Notes: generated by a model not told the origin, from the sequence alone. Shown: positions 27,315 to 37,387, numbered from the stretch's first letter. The stretch is 37,464 bases of DNA from Candidatus Methylomirabilota bacterium (GCA_046726415.1 JBKPAK010000320.1:1-37464); one strand, 5' to 3'. Program-made: numbers and translations.

Positions 27315-28060
27315 CGCGTGGTTCCGAGATAGGTTTGCTGCACCAGCGTGTTGGCGCGGACTTCGTCAGGAGTCCCCTCGGCCAGGACCTGGCCCTGGTG
27401 GAGCACCGTGATGCGATCCGAGATATTCATCACGAGCTTCATCTTGTGCTCGACCAGCACCACCGTGCGGCCGGCCACCAGCTCGCGGATCAATCGCATC
27501 GTTTCGTCCGTTTCCTCCGGGCTCATGCCCGCGGTGGGCTCGTCGAGGAGGAGCAGGGTCGGCTCGGCGGCCAGGGCGATGGCGATCTCCAGGTGGCGCT
27601 TCTCGCCGTGAGACAGGTGGGCGGCGAGCTGCTCGGCCTTGGCCGCGAGGCCGATGGTCTGGAGGACGGAGAGGGCGCGATCGCGCACGTCGGTCAGACG
27701 ATCGGCCCGCGACCAAAAGTTAAAGGCATGGGCGTAGCCCTGGGCGGCCACGCGGACGTTCTCGAGGACCGAGAGGTGCGGAAAGATGTTGGTGATCTGA
27801 TACGACTTGGCGATGCCGAGGCGACAGACCTCGTGCTGGCTGAGCCCGGTGATGTCGCGGCCGTTGAACCGGATGCGCCCCGACGTGGGTAACACCTCGC
27901 CGGAGATCAGCTTGAAGAAGGTGGTCTTGCCAGCCCCATTGGGCCCGATGATGGAGCGCAGCTCGCCCTCGTGGATGGAGACACTCGCGCGGTTGACGGC
28001 GAGGAGACTGCCGTAGGCGCGGGTCAGATCCTCGGTTTCGAGGAGCGCGGGACCGGACAT
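27311..28060 (-). CDS. livG: Liv-type ABC ATPase (LivG-like)
   Basis: IIGPNGAGKTT, SYQ-IF-L-V-ENV, LSHGE-R-LEIA, LLDEPTAGM, VEH-M, YLG. Confidence 0.92.
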
Positions 28061-28097
28061 TCAGCGTGAGATAGCACGCGCTCTTTCCGAGTGTCAA
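28061..28097 (-). promoter_or_regulatory. Putative promoter of livG-livF (leaderless-type)
   Basis: TTGACA (28097-28092), 18 nt, TATCTC (28073-28068, preceded by TGC), 7 nt, ATG 28060. Confidence 0.5.
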
Positions 28098-28119
28098 GGC
28101 GCGCAGGGCGCCCCTCGTT

Positions 28120-30033
28120 CTAGGAGCCGATGACGCCGCCGTCGCGCTTTCGGATCGCGATGGTCGCCGAGCGCGGGCGCCCGCCGTTCGGACCGTCCGG
28201 CCACGAGCTGATCGCCTTGGGATTGGCCGGATCGCTGCGCTCGCTGGCCGTCTCACCCGGATGCTGGATATCCACGAACATCGTCGTCCCGTCCGGGGTG
28301 GCCACCACGCCGGTCACCTCACAGCCGCTGGGCCCGACGAGGAAGCGCCGGATCTCTCCGGTCGACGGATCGGCGGCCAGCATCATGTTGTTCCCGATGT
28401 TGGCGTAGTCGCCCTTGTTCAGGGCGCTGGTGGACACGTCCGTCTGGATCCACAGCACACCCCGCGGATCGATCCACACGCCGTCCGGCGACCCGAAGGC
28501 GTCGCCCTTGATGTTTCCGCGCTTGCTGGGATCCGCATTGGACGGATCACCGGCCAGCACGAAGATGTCCCAGGCGAACCGCGTGGCCCCGGCGTTGCCG
28601 CCCTGCTCGCGCCAGCGAATGATGTGGCCGAACGCGTTCTTCGGCCGCGGATTGGCGGCGTCAGGAGGGGCCTTGTCGGCATCCCCGCGCTGACTGTTGT
28701 TGGTCATCGCGCAGTACGCCTCACCGGTCTTCGGGTGGACGGCGATCCACTCCGGGCGATCCATCTTGGTGGCCCCCGCCCGGTCGGCGGCGGCGCGGGT
28801 GTTCACCAACACCTCGGCTTGGCTCGGGAATCCGGCTGCGGGGTCGATCCCGTTCTTGCCCAGCGCGACTTCCAGCCACTCCCCGCTACCATCGGCGTTG
28901 AACCGGGCCACGTAGAGCACACCGTCCTGGAGCAGGCGCATGGCCACCTGGCGGTCTCCGGGCACGTAGGAGCTGCGGGAGACGAACTTGTAGATGTACT
29001 CGAAGCGCTCGTCGTCTCCCATGTACACGACGACCCGCTTGTCCGCGGCCAAGGTCACCTCGGCGCCCTCGTGTTTCAGGCGTCCCAGGGCCGTGTGCTT
29101 CACCGGCTGGCTCTTGGGATCGAACGGGTCGATCTCCACCACCCAGCCAAAGCGATTGGGCTCGTGGGGATGGAGGGCTGCGTTGAAGCGCGCGTCGTGC
29201 TCGTACCAGCGGTAGCCGAAACCCGTCTTGGTGATGCCGTAGCGCTTCTGGAGCGCGGGGATGGCGTCAGCCTGATTGACGAAATAAGCGTTGAAGTTCT
29301 CCTCGCAGGTGAGGTACGTCCCCCACGGTGTGTAGCCGTGGGCGCAGTTGTTCAGGGTCCCGAGCACCAGCGCCCCGGCGGAGTCAGCCGCCGTTTGGAG
29401 GAGCGGATGGCCGGCGGCCGGGCCATCGACGCGCATGAGAGTACGCGCGGTGATCCGCCGAGCATACGGCGACGGGCGAACTACTGTCCACCGCCCGTTG
29501 ACGAGCGCCACCTCGATGATGCTGACTCCGTGGGCGGCCTGCGACTTGGCGACCTTCTCCGCCGTCCACGGCTGCATGCCGTCCACGTGCAGCAAGCCGT
29601 CGTCGGTGTACTCGTGATTCACGGCTAGGAGACCTCGACTGGAGCTCTGCGACCCCGCGGGCAGCGGGAAGAAGTGAATGCCGTCGTGATGCATCCCCGC
29701 CTGCAACTCCTGCTCGGCCGTGGTGTTGCTCGCGTCGGGTTTGAAGCCCGGGCCCTCCGAGATCGGATCGCCCCACGCGTACAGGACCTCGGCCGTGTAG
29801 CCCCCCGGCACCACCAGCGCGTCCGCTTTCGACGTCGGAACACTCGTGAAGCCGAAGGGCAGACCCCCTTGCGCGTGGGCGTCTCGCGAACGGACGCCTC
29901 CCAGGAGAGCCATCGCCGCCGCCCCGAGGCCTCCCTCGAGCACATGGCGACGCGAGAGCCGGGCCGCCACGATGTTGGAGAAGGCGGGATTCTGCGACGG
30001 ATTGACGCCGAGGTCTTCCAGGTGTGAATTCAT
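28120..30033 (-). CDS. phoX: PhoX-family alkaline phosphatase, Tat-exported
   Basis: SRR-VL leader; GMHHDG, VNHEY, AHGVS, GTLNNCA-G-TPWGTYLTCEEN, GWVVEIDP, KHEGA, MDRPEW, SPD, IQTD, CEVTG, IQHPGE. Confidence 0.95.
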   Translation of the reverse strand: MNSHLEDLGVNPSQNPAFSNIVAARLSRRHVLEGGLGAAAMALLGGVRSRDAHAQGGLPFGFTSVPTSKADALVVPGGYTAEVLYAWGDPISEGPGFKPDASNTTAEQELQAGMHHDGIHFFPLPAGSQSSSRGLLAVNHEYTDDGLLHVDGMQPWTAEKVAKSQAAHGVSIIEVALVNGRWTVVRPSPYARRITARTLMRVDGPAAGHPLLQTAADSAGALVLGTLNNCAHGYTPWGTYLTCEENFNAYFVNQADAIPALQKRYGITKTGFGYRWYEHDARFNAALHPHEPNRFGWVVEIDPFDPKSQPVKHTALGRLKHEGAEVTLAADKRVVVYMGDDERFEYIYKFVSRSSYVPGDRQVAMRLLQDGVLYVARFNADGSGEWLEVALGKNGIDPAAGFPSQAEVLVNTRAAADRAGATKMDRPEWIAVHPKTGEAYCAMTNNSQRGDADKAPPDAANPRPKNAFGHIIRWREQGGNAGATRFAWDIFVLAGDPSNADPSKRGNIKGDAFGSPDGVWIDPRGVLWIQTDVSTSALNKGDYANIGNNMMLAADPSTGEIRRFLVGPSGCEVTGVVATPDGTTMFVDIQHPGETASERSDPANPKAISSWPDGPNGGRPRSATIAIRKRDGGVIGS

Positions 30034-30057
30034 GGGCAGTGCCCTCCTGCTGCCCGC

Positions 30058-30091
30058 ATCCTACGCGCCCAATGTTACGCGTCGATGACTG
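30058..30091 (-). promoter_or_regulatory. Pho box plus -10 element upstream of phoX
   Basis: Minus strand caGTCAT-cgac-gcGTAAC (11-bp-spaced direct repeat, 30091-30074), then exactly 10 nt, then TAGGAT (30063-30058). Confidence 0.7.
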
Positions 30092-30142
30092 ACGGGGAAA
30101 GACTGGCGGGCAAGAGGCCGCACGACGCCGGGTCGCCGCGGT

Positions 30143-30253
30143 GTGCATTTCGGCTATGTGAAGATCGACGGGACCACCGGCACCATGACGGTCAGCCATC
30201 GCGACCTCAGCGGCGCTGTCCTCCACCAGCTCGAGCTGCCGCCGGACCGCTAG
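30143..30253 (+). pseudogene. 3' remnant of a PhoD-like alkaline phosphatase gene
   Basis: Translates to VHFGYVKIDGTTGTMTVSHRDLSGAVLHQLELPPDR*, resembling the PhoD C-terminus (FFG-V-IDG-T-MTV-LRD-G-L-L-P) as recalled. There is an in-frame TGA upstream at 30086-30088 and no SD. Confidence 0.6.
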
Positions 30254-30305
30254 GCAACGCGTCGGGATAGTCGCCGGCGCGCGGCGGGGGCCAGGCCCTC
30301 CAACT

Positions 30306-30902
30306 TCAATAGTAAGCGGCGCGAACCTCCACCTGGCTCATGACGCTCGCCCCCGCCCTGAGGACGAAGACCTTCCACATCGCCGCGCTGCGGTCGATGT
30401 CGCCGACGATGGCGACATCGCCAGGACACCCATAGTTGACGCGCATGCCCGCCACCCCCCAGGTGGCTCCCGTGAGCATCGTGCAGCGCTCCCCGGTGGT
30501 CAGCTCGAGCGCCCAGGGAGGCCCGCCGGGAGGGCTCGGTGGCCGACTCACGTCACCAGGGAGCGGGCCCGAGAGCATGAGCATGACCACGTCCGAGGAC
30601 CACGGGCTGCTAGCGCACGCCACGACCTGATCAGAGCCGGCGAATCCGGCGAAGCAAGGGTCGTAGATGCGGTTGCCGGCCATGCAGCGCCAGGCGTCCG
30701 GGCGGCCGGCGCTAGCCAGGGAAGCGGTCCAGCAGGAGCCCGAGCCTCGCTCGCTGACCGTGAGGCCTGGGGCGACGGCTCCCGGGCGGAAGGGGACAAG
30801 GACTCGCACGTCCGTGCCGGCCGGCGCCGACTGCGCACGGACCGCTGCGGGCGCCGCGCCAAGGAGGCTGCAGGCCAGGAGCGCCGCCAGCCGCCTGGTC
30901 AT
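30306..30902 (-). CDS. Secreted Cys-containing hypothetical protein
   Basis: Signal peptide MTRRLAALLACSLLGAAPAAVRA; six Cys in the mature part (GSCW, WRCM, DPCF, ACA, RCT, YGC). Confidence 0.7.
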   Translation of the reverse strand: MTRRLAALLACSLLGAAPAAVRAQSAPAGTDVRVLVPFRPGAVAPGLTVSERGSGSCWTASLASAGRPDAWRCMAGNRIYDPCFAGFAGSDQVVACASSPWSSDVVMLMLSGPLPGDVSRPPSPPGGPPWALELTTGERCTMLTGATWGVAGMRVNYGCPGDVAIVGDIDRSAAMWKVFVLRAGASVMSQVEVRAAYY

Positions 30903-30975
30903 GGGGAGTCGGAAGCGGTCGCCAAGCACTCGCTCGAGGGAAAGGCAGAACCACCGCTCTTGCCCATGCGACCTC

Positions 30976-31737
30976 CTACTTCACCTTCACGACCCTGGCA
31001 CCGCGCAGCATTCCCGGCGCCTCTTCGTCGCGATGTCCGATCGCGGGCCGCGAGCGAGCACGTCCCCGATCGCGGGTCATGCGCGCGTGCGCCCCCAGGA
31101 GATGGCGCGTGAGCACCCGCTTGGCGGCGGCCCCCTGGCCGCGCGCGAGGTGCCCCACGATGGCGCGATGGGCATTCAGCGTGTGGCGCCGGAGGACGTC
31201 GGACACTTCGGCGCGAGCAATGATGGGCTCCATCACGTCGACCACGGAGCGGATCAGCAGCGGATACATGGCATTGCCCGTGGCTTCCGCCAGGAGGACG
31301 TGGAAGTTGAAATTCTCCTCCATCTTCTCGGCGCGGCGGCCCTCCTCGAAGAAGCGCGCGGCGCGCTCGACTGAGTCGGCCAGGCGCGCCAGGTCATCGG
31401 CGTCGGCTCGCTGGGCCACGATGTCGATGACGAGGCTCTCGAGGGCCACCCGGGCGTGCACCACCTCATCCAGGCTGATGCCACCGAAGCGGAGGAGGTC
31501 GCCCAGCGATCGCGTCACCGCCGCCGTGGGGCGTCCGGCCACGAAGGCGCCGCCGCCCTTGCCGGGTCGGATGCGGATGAGGGCCGATTCCTCGAGGATG
31601 CGGAAGGCTTCCCGGAGGGCGCCCCGCCCCACCCGGAACCGATGCACGAGTTCTCGCTCCGGCGGCAAGCGATCTCCCGGCTTCAGCCGGCCCGCCAGGA
31701 TGGCGTCGCGCACGCGCGCAACGATCTTCTCGAACAC
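30976..31737 (-). CDS. GntR/FadR-family transcriptional regulator
   Basis: I-G-LKPGDRLP-EREL-F-V-R-LREA-LE, G-GGG-FV, AR-LE, FH-LA-ATGN, H-AI (FCD domain). Start uncertain: no upstream in-frame ATG. Confidence 0.85.
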   Translation of the reverse strand: MFEKIVARVRDAILAGRLKPGDRLPPERELVHRFRVGRGALREAFRILEESALIRIRPGKGGGAFVAGRPTAAVTRSLGDLLRFGGISLDEVVHARVALESLVIDIVAQRADADDLARLADSVERAARFFEEGRRAEKMEENFNFHVLLAEATGNAMYPLLIRSVVDVMEPIIARAEVSDVLRRHTLNAHRAIVGHLARGQGAAAKRVLTRHLLGAHARMTRDRGRARSRPAIGHRDEEAPGMLRGARVVKVK

Positions 31738-31912
31738 GCGCCCGCCTCGGAATAGGGACCGCGCTGTCGCCTTCAGTGGCGTTCTCCTGGCGCGGGCCTC
31801 GTCACCCGCGTCGATGAAGCATGTGGTCTACGGCGCGCGGCGCAGTGTCGTACGGAACCGCCACGGCCGTCAAGCCACGGAGGGAACGTCGCCACGGTCA
31901 CCACCAGAGATG

Positions 31913-32722
31913 TCAGTGCGCGGCCACGAACTCCCGAACCAGCTGGTTGAAGAGATCGGGCTGATCGTAGGGCGTCGCGTGGCCCGAGTCGGCAACAACG
32001 ACGATCCGCGCGTTGGGGATGTGCCGGCGCAGCAAATCCAGCGAGGCGAACGGCACCGTCCGATCGGCGTCGCCCGCCACGATGAGGGTGGGACAGCGAA
32101 TCTCGCCGAGCCGCCGGCGGACGTCGAAGCGCGTGAGGGCGCCTATGGCGGCGAGGTATGCGCGCTTGTCGTTCCGGCCGAGGCGGGCCACGGCGGCGGC
32201 GCGCAGCGCATCCTGGCCCGGCTTGGGGAAAAGGCTCTGAGCGACGCGTCCCGCGATGATCGGCATGGGCACCACCGCGAGAAGGACCAGCCGCTCCAAC
32301 ATGCGGTAGGCGCCGCGCCACCCGGCCGGGCGGAGCCGGGCAAACGTGTTGACCAGCGTGAGGGTACGGACGCAGGTCGGGGCTTCGAGAGCGAGGGCAA
32401 GGGCCACGCAGCCGCCGAGCGAAAGCCCAACGACGTGCGCCGGAGCCTCGCCAAGGCGGGTGAGGAGGTGGCTGACCTCCACTGCCATCGCCTCAACGGA
32501 GAGCCGCCGGGCGGGAAGACCCCCGGTCAGCGCGGTCCGGCCGTGGGCCGGAAGGTCGACCGTGATCACCCCGTAGTGCTCTTCGAAGTACGGGACCTGC
32601 CATTGCCAGTCGGCGGCCGACGAGCCCAGGCCGTGAAGGAACACGACCGGCGGCGCGTCGGATCGGCCGCGTCGCTCGTGATAGAGGTCGCCGACGGCGA
32701 GGGCGAGTTCCCCAGGGATCAC
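31913..32722 (-). CDS. Alpha/beta hydrolase (enol-lactonase-like)
   Basis: FLHGLGS, DL-HG, GLSLGG, I-CPTL-GD-D, SGH-DQP-FN. GTG 32722 was chosen because TATGAT lies just upstream; ATG 32749 is an alternative. Confidence 0.88.
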   Translation of the reverse strand: MIPGELALAVGDLYHERRGRSDAPPVVFLHGLGSSAADWQWQVPYFEEHYGVITVDLPAHGRTALTGGLPARRLSVEAMAVEVSHLLTRLGEAPAHVVGLSLGGCVALALALEAPTCVRTLTLVNTFARLRPAGWRGAYRMLERLVLLAVVPMPIIAGRVAQSLFPKPGQDALRAAAVARLGRNDKRAYLAAIGALTRFDVRRRLGEIRCPTLIVAGDADRTVPFASLDLLRRHIPNARIVVVADSGHATPYDQPDLFNQLVREFVAAH

Positions 32723-32814
32723 AGGTTCGCTATCATACCCCTCCGCCATGAATCGGACAGCGCTCGGCGACGACGGGATGGACAGCTTGCGCTACCCCCT
32801 GCGCTGAACTCGTC

Positions 32815-33315
32815 GTGGCCTCCGCCGCTCTCCGCATCCGGCGAGGCACTGCGCGCGACGTGCCGACGATCCTGGCCTTGATCAAGGGGCTGGCCGAGTA
32901 CGAGCGCCTGACCCACGAGGTCCGCGCCACGCAGGCGGCCCTCCGGCGTCACGGCTTCGGGCCCCGGCCGTATTTCGAGACGCTCATCTGCTCCCGCGGC
33001 CCCACCCCTGTCGGATTCGCCCTCTACTTCTTCACCTATTCGACGTTCATGGCGCGCCCGTCTCTCTACCTCGAGGACCTCTTCGTCCGGCCCGAGGAGC
33101 GCGGGCGCGGGGCCGGCCGCGCCCTGCTGCGCGAGCTGGCCAGGATTGCCATGCGCCGGGGTTGCGGGCGCATGGAGTGGACTGTGCTCGACTGGAACGC
33201 CCCTTCCATCGGCTTTTACGAACGTCTGGGGGCCGAGCTGAAGCGCGAGTGGATTCTCACGCGGCTCACCGGCGAGCCGCTGCGTCGCCTGGCCTTCGAA
33301 CGCCGTCCGGACTAA
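32815..33315 (+). CDS. GNAT N-acetyltransferase (diamine/SSAT-like)
   Basis: I-GLAEYE, GFALYF-YST-LYLEDLFV-PE-RG-G-G, R-EW-VLDWN-PSI-FY-LGA. Confidence 0.9.
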   Translation: MASAALRIRRGTARDVPTILALIKGLAEYERLTHEVRATQAALRRHGFGPRPYFETLICSRGPTPVGFALYFFTYSTFMARPSLYLEDLFVRPEERGRGAGRALLRELARIAMRRGCGRMEWTVLDWNAPSIGFYERLGAELKREWILTRLTGEPLRRLAFERRPD

Positions 33316-33324
33316 GATCAGGCC

Positions 33325-34746
33325 ATGTCGGAGGCCCGGGTCGACACTGTCGTGCGGGGTGGTCAGGTGGTCGGGGTCTCCATCGTCGGCGAAATGGCCA
33401 TCGCCATCCGCGGCGAGCGGATCGTGGCTCTCGGCCACGAGGATCTCCTCCCTCCCGCCGACCGGGTCATCGACGCCCGCGGCAAATACGTCCTTCCGGG
33501 TCTCATCGACTGCCATCTGCATGTGGGCCCCGAATACGACGACTGGAAGACGGCATCGCAGGCGGCGGCGCTCACCGGCCTCACCACGCTGCTGCCCTTC
33601 GTGGTCTACGACGACGCAAAGCAGGAGACGCTGCCCGAGGCGATCTGGCGACTGCGCGAGGAAGCCGGGGCGGCCAGCGTGCTGGATTTCGGACTGCACT
33701 TCATCCTGAATCACCAGCCCTACATCCTGGCGGGCATCCCCGATGCCGTCCGCATGGGCGTCACCTCGTTCAAGATGTTCATGACGTACAAGAAGCGACC
33801 CCACCGCATGGTCTCCGACGAGTTCATGGCCAAGGCCATGGAGGGCATCGGCAGCCTGGGCGCACTGTGCCAGCTCCACTGCGAGAACGGCGACGTGCTC
33901 TGCTACCTCGAGGATCGGGCCATCGCGGCCGGCCACACCCACCCGCGCGACTTCCCGGCGACGTGCCCGGACTGGACGGAGGAAGAAGCCATCCATCGAG
34001 CCATTCTCATCGGCGGGCTCACCCGCTGTCCGGTCTACGTGGTACACCTCAGCACGAAGCTGGGACTCGAGCGGATCAAGCGGGCCCAGGCCGATGGCCA
34101 GCGCGTGTGGACGGAGACGTGCCCGCAGTACCTCCTGCTCACCGACGCGGAGATGGAGCGTCTCGGCCCCTTCGCCAAGATCGGCCCGCCTCTGCGTCCG
34201 GTCGACGGACCCGACCGCGAGGCCCTGTGGCGCGGCAGCGAGCAAGGCTTCATCGCCACGGTGGCCAGCGATCACTCGCCGCGGGTGCCGAGCGCCAAGG
34301 AGCCCGGCTGGAAGAACATCTTCGTCGACTCCGCCGGCAAGCCCATTCCATTCGGGGCGCCTTCGCTGGAGACCTTGGTGCCGCTCATGTATAGCGAGGG
34401 CGTGGTGAAACGCGGGTTGCCGATCACGTGGCTGGCCCGGGTCATGGCCGAGAACCCTGCGCGGATCTTCGGGCTCTATCCGCGCAAGGGGGCCATCCGG
34501 GTGGGCGCGGACGCGGACCTGACGATCTGGGATCCCGAGGGCGAGTCGACCATCGAGGCCGTCCACCATCTGGGGATCGCCGGTTTCACGCCCTACGAGG
34601 GATGGACGGTGCGCGGTCGACCGTGGATGACCCTGGTACGCGGCCAGACCATGCTGAGCGAGGGACGCATCCACCAGAAACCGGGCTTCGGCCGATACCT
34701 GTCGAGGACGTCGCCGCGGCCCCCGCTGGCTGGCGCCGCTCGGTAG
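33325..34746 (+). CDS. Cyclic amidohydrolase (dihydropyrimidinase/allantoinase-like), second paralog
   Basis: PGLIDCHLH, SFKMFM, LHCENG, VVHLS, ETCPQYL, K-GPPLR, SDHSP, NPARIFGLYPRKG-I-VG-DAD. Confidence 0.88.
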   Translation: MSEARVDTVVRGGQVVGVSIVGEMAIAIRGERIVALGHEDLLPPADRVIDARGKYVLPGLIDCHLHVGPEYDDWKTASQAAALTGLTTLLPFVVYDDAKQETLPEAIWRLREEAGAASVLDFGLHFILNHQPYILAGIPDAVRMGVTSFKMFMTYKKRPHRMVSDEFMAKAMEGIGSLGALCQLHCENGDVLCYLEDRAIAAGHTHPRDFPATCPDWTEEEAIHRAILIGGLTRCPVYVVHLSTKLGLERIKRAQADGQRVWTETCPQYLLLTDAEMERLGPFAKIGPPLRPVDGPDREALWRGSEQGFIATVASDHSPRVPSAKEPGWKNIFVDSAGKPIPFGAPSLETLVPLMYSEGVVKRGLPITWLARVMAENPARIFGLYPRKGAIRVGADADLTIWDPEGESTIEAVHHLGIAGFTPYEGWTVRGRPWMTLVRGQTMLSEGRIHQKPGFGRYLSRTSPRPPLAGAAR

Positions 34747-34854
34747 GGCGCGGACCGGTTTGCTCGGCCGGCTCGATCCACGGGGTCATCGGCCTGCCCA
34801 GACAGACTCGGCCGGGTCACCGCCTGCGACAACTGCTCGACTGCTCGATACGGC

Positions 34855-36681
34855 TCAGCCGGCGGGCGTGACGGCGGCGACTTTGCGGCTCACGACTTCG
34901 TAGACGCGCAGCGCCTTCGTCTTACCGCGCAGGGACGTCTCCGGCATGAGCCGACACTCGAACTCCTGGCTGACTTCGGCGTAGGTTGCCTCGGTGATCA
35001 GGATGGTGGTTCCGAACTCCTTGTTGAGGGCCTCCACCCGGGAGCAGGTGTTCACGCCATCGCCGATGACGGTGTACTCCAGCCGGCGGCGCGAGCCGAT
35101 GTTCCCCACGATCACGTCGTCGGTGTGAATGCCGATGCCGATGCTGATGGGGGGACGCCCGGCCACTGCGCGCTCCTCGTTGAGCTTGGCCAGGATGACC
35201 TTCATGCGAAGCGCCGCCTGGACCGCGCGGCGCCCGTGATCGGGCTCGTCGTCAAGGGAGCCGAACACCGCCAGCATGCCGTCGCCGATGAACTTGTCGA
35301 GCACGCCGCCGTGCTCGAAGACGGCGTCGACCATCTCCGAGAAGTAATCGTTCAGGAAGCTGACCACCTCCTCCGGAGCCATGCGCTCCGACATGGACGT
35401 GAAGTCGCGGATGTCCGAGAGGAGAATGGTGACGCGCCGCCGCTCGCCGCCCAGCCCCACCTCGCCCTTCAGCACCCGCTCGGAGATGTCCTTCGTGAGG
35501 TAGCGGCCGAAGATCTCCTTCACGCGGTCGCGTTCCTGGAGCCCCTGCACCATTTCGTTGAGAGCCGTGGCCAGCTCGGCGATCTCGTCCCGCCCGGTGA
35601 TCTGGGCCCGCTGGGTAAGATCACCTCCGCGGACGGCCTTGGCGAAGCGGAAGAGACGGGCCAGGGGCCCGCGGATGGAGAACGCCACCTGACTGGCCAC
35701 CAGAAGGCAAGCGACGGCCAGCGCCACCAGCGCCAGCAGGAACTGCGTGTGGAGGGCGGCGAACGGCGCCAGCGCCTCGTCCGGATCGACCTCGGTCAGG
35801 AGAACCCAGGGCTTGCGCGCGACGGTGGCAGGGTTCTCCAGGGGTTGGTACACGAAGAGCCGCTCCACCCCCGCCCTGTTCATCGCGCGGACCCACCCAC
35901 GTCGGCCGTCCAGGGCGCCCTGGACGGCCGGATAGGACGAGAGGTCCTGCCCGATGAGCGCGGAGTCGGGATGGGCGAGGATCCTCCCATCCTGGTCGAG
36001 CAGGACGACGTAGCCAGTCCTGCCGAAGCGCGCCGGGGCGAGGAGATCCCCGAACTCCTGCTGGATGTCGTAGCGAGCGGTCAGAGCCCCGCGAATGCCG
36101 CCGTCAGGGCCCCTCACCGGCACGGCCAGCGACAGCACGTAGCGCTTGAACATAGGCGACACGTACGGTTCGGATACGTAGGCGTTGCCTTCCAGGGCAA
36201 AGGCCGCGCCCACGCGAGGGGCCGGCTCGGCCTCGCTCGTCACCACGGTAGAGAGCACGAGCGCGCCCTGACCGTCGCGGATATTGATCTCAAGCAGCGC
36301 GGGGTCGAACGCCTGGACAGCGGAGAGGGCCTCCCGGAGGTTCCCTGGACGCTGACGCGCGCTGTCCGGCGCAATCTCGCGCGCGAGGCGTTCGAGCCGC
36401 CTGAGGGTGTCCGCGACGTCGTCGCGGATCTCCTTTTCGACCACCATGCCGAGGGTCTCCATGTGCATCACGAACTGCCCGAACAGGATCTTCTCGCCCT
36501 GCACGTACCCCCACAGTCCCAAGAGGGCCGCGGTCGTGAGGCCGGCTCCCGCGACCGCCGTGACCAGCGCGAGCAGAAATCCGTGGCGTGTGCGCCCGAA
36601 GAGGCGAAGCCGCACGGCGACCATGAACAGGACGGTCAGCAGTCCGACGGCGACGATGGCCGCGACGTGGGTGTGGCCCAT
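34855..36681 (-). CDS. Membrane-bound class III adenylate cyclase with dCache sensor and HAMP domain
   Basis: N-terminal TMs, Cache motifs (YVSEPY, G-ILAHPD), HAMP (GDL-DEI-LA-N-M), SDIRDFT, DKFIGDG (Lys, ATP-specifying), EYTVIGD-VN-SR-E. Confidence 0.92.
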   Translation of the reverse strand: MGHTHVAAIVAVGLLTVLFMVAVRLRLFGRTRHGFLLALVTAVAGAGLTTAALLGLWGYVQGEKILFGQFVMHMETLGMVVEKEIRDDVADTLRRLERLAREIAPDSARQRPGNLREALSAVQAFDPALLEINIRDGQGALVLSTVVTSEAEPAPRVGAAFALEGNAYVSEPYVSPMFKRYVLSLAVPVRGPDGGIRGALTARYDIQQEFGDLLAPARFGRTGYVVLLDQDGRILAHPDSALIGQDLSSYPAVQGALDGRRGWVRAMNRAGVERLFVYQPLENPATVARKPWVLLTEVDPDEALAPFAALHTQFLLALVALAVACLLVASQVAFSIRGPLARLFRFAKAVRGGDLTQRAQITGRDEIAELATALNEMVQGLQERDRVKEIFGRYLTKDISERVLKGEVGLGGERRRVTILLSDIRDFTSMSERMAPEEVVSFLNDYFSEMVDAVFEHGGVLDKFIGDGMLAVFGSLDDEPDHGRRAVQAALRMKVILAKLNEERAVAGRPPISIGIGIHTDDVIVGNIGSRRRLEYTVIGDGVNTCSRVEALNKEFGTTILITEATYAEVSQEFECRLMPETSLRGKTKALRVYEVVSRKVAAVTPAG

Positions 36682-36859
36682 GCGCGTTCTGAGTAGACAC
36701 TACCCATGACGGGCTGGCAATCTTTGCAGGCAGAAGGCCTCGGGCGGGCGGTGACCGGGCTCGTACGACAGGCCCTGTGGCGGTCAACATGACTATCGAG
36801 CGCGCGGGAGGCTCCGCCTTTCCCAGCACATCGACCAGACAGTGGGCGAGGAGGGAGGC

Positions 36860-37372
36860 ATGACCAGCCCCAGCACCACGCCGTCAACGATCGAGCGCGA
36901 GGTCGACGGCAGCACGATCGAGTACTTCGAGCTCGACGTGACCGGCGACCGGATCGAGCGCCTTGCCACGGAGCTGTTCCGGGAGCACTGGGCCCATCTG
37001 ACTGTCGGACCCCTGTTGCAAGGGGCCGTGTTCGAGATTCGCTTCGCCGACCCGCCCACGGTGACTGTGCTCGACGGGTACCTCACCGTCGATCTTGGCC
37101 CCTGGCACTTCCATCTCTGCGTGAACGACCATCGGGACAGCACCCCCGAGGCCGCGGCCATCCGGCGCGTGAGGCGCGCCGCCTTCTTCCGGTCGAGTGG
37201 TGGCGGGCACAGTCCCACGACGTGGGGGCTCCGGCTGTGGAACGGGCGGGGTGAGCAGATGGTGACTGTCCTCTTCCCGAGCCCGTACTACGACGACCGA
37301 TTCGAGCGGTTGGCCGAGCCGGACTGGACCAAGACGGCCCTCTGGGAGTCCCTCCGCCAGCGCTACGCGTAG
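36860..37372 (+). CDS. Conserved hypothetical protein
   Basis: SD GGAGG before ATG 36860 and GC3-rich codons; motifs GP-QGAVFEI, DGYLT, WHFHLC, WGLRLWN-GEQ, P-PY. Function not recognised. Confidence 0.7.
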   Translation: MTSPSTTPSTIEREVDGSTIEYFELDVTGDRIERLATELFREHWAHLTVGPLLQGAVFEIRFADPPTVTVLDGYLTVDLGPWHFHLCVNDHRDSTPEAAAIRRVRRAAFFRSSGGGHSPTTWGLRLWNGRGEQMVTVLFPSPYYDDRFERLAEPDWTKTALWESLRQRYA

Positions 37373-37387
37373 CCACTGCCCTCGCGG

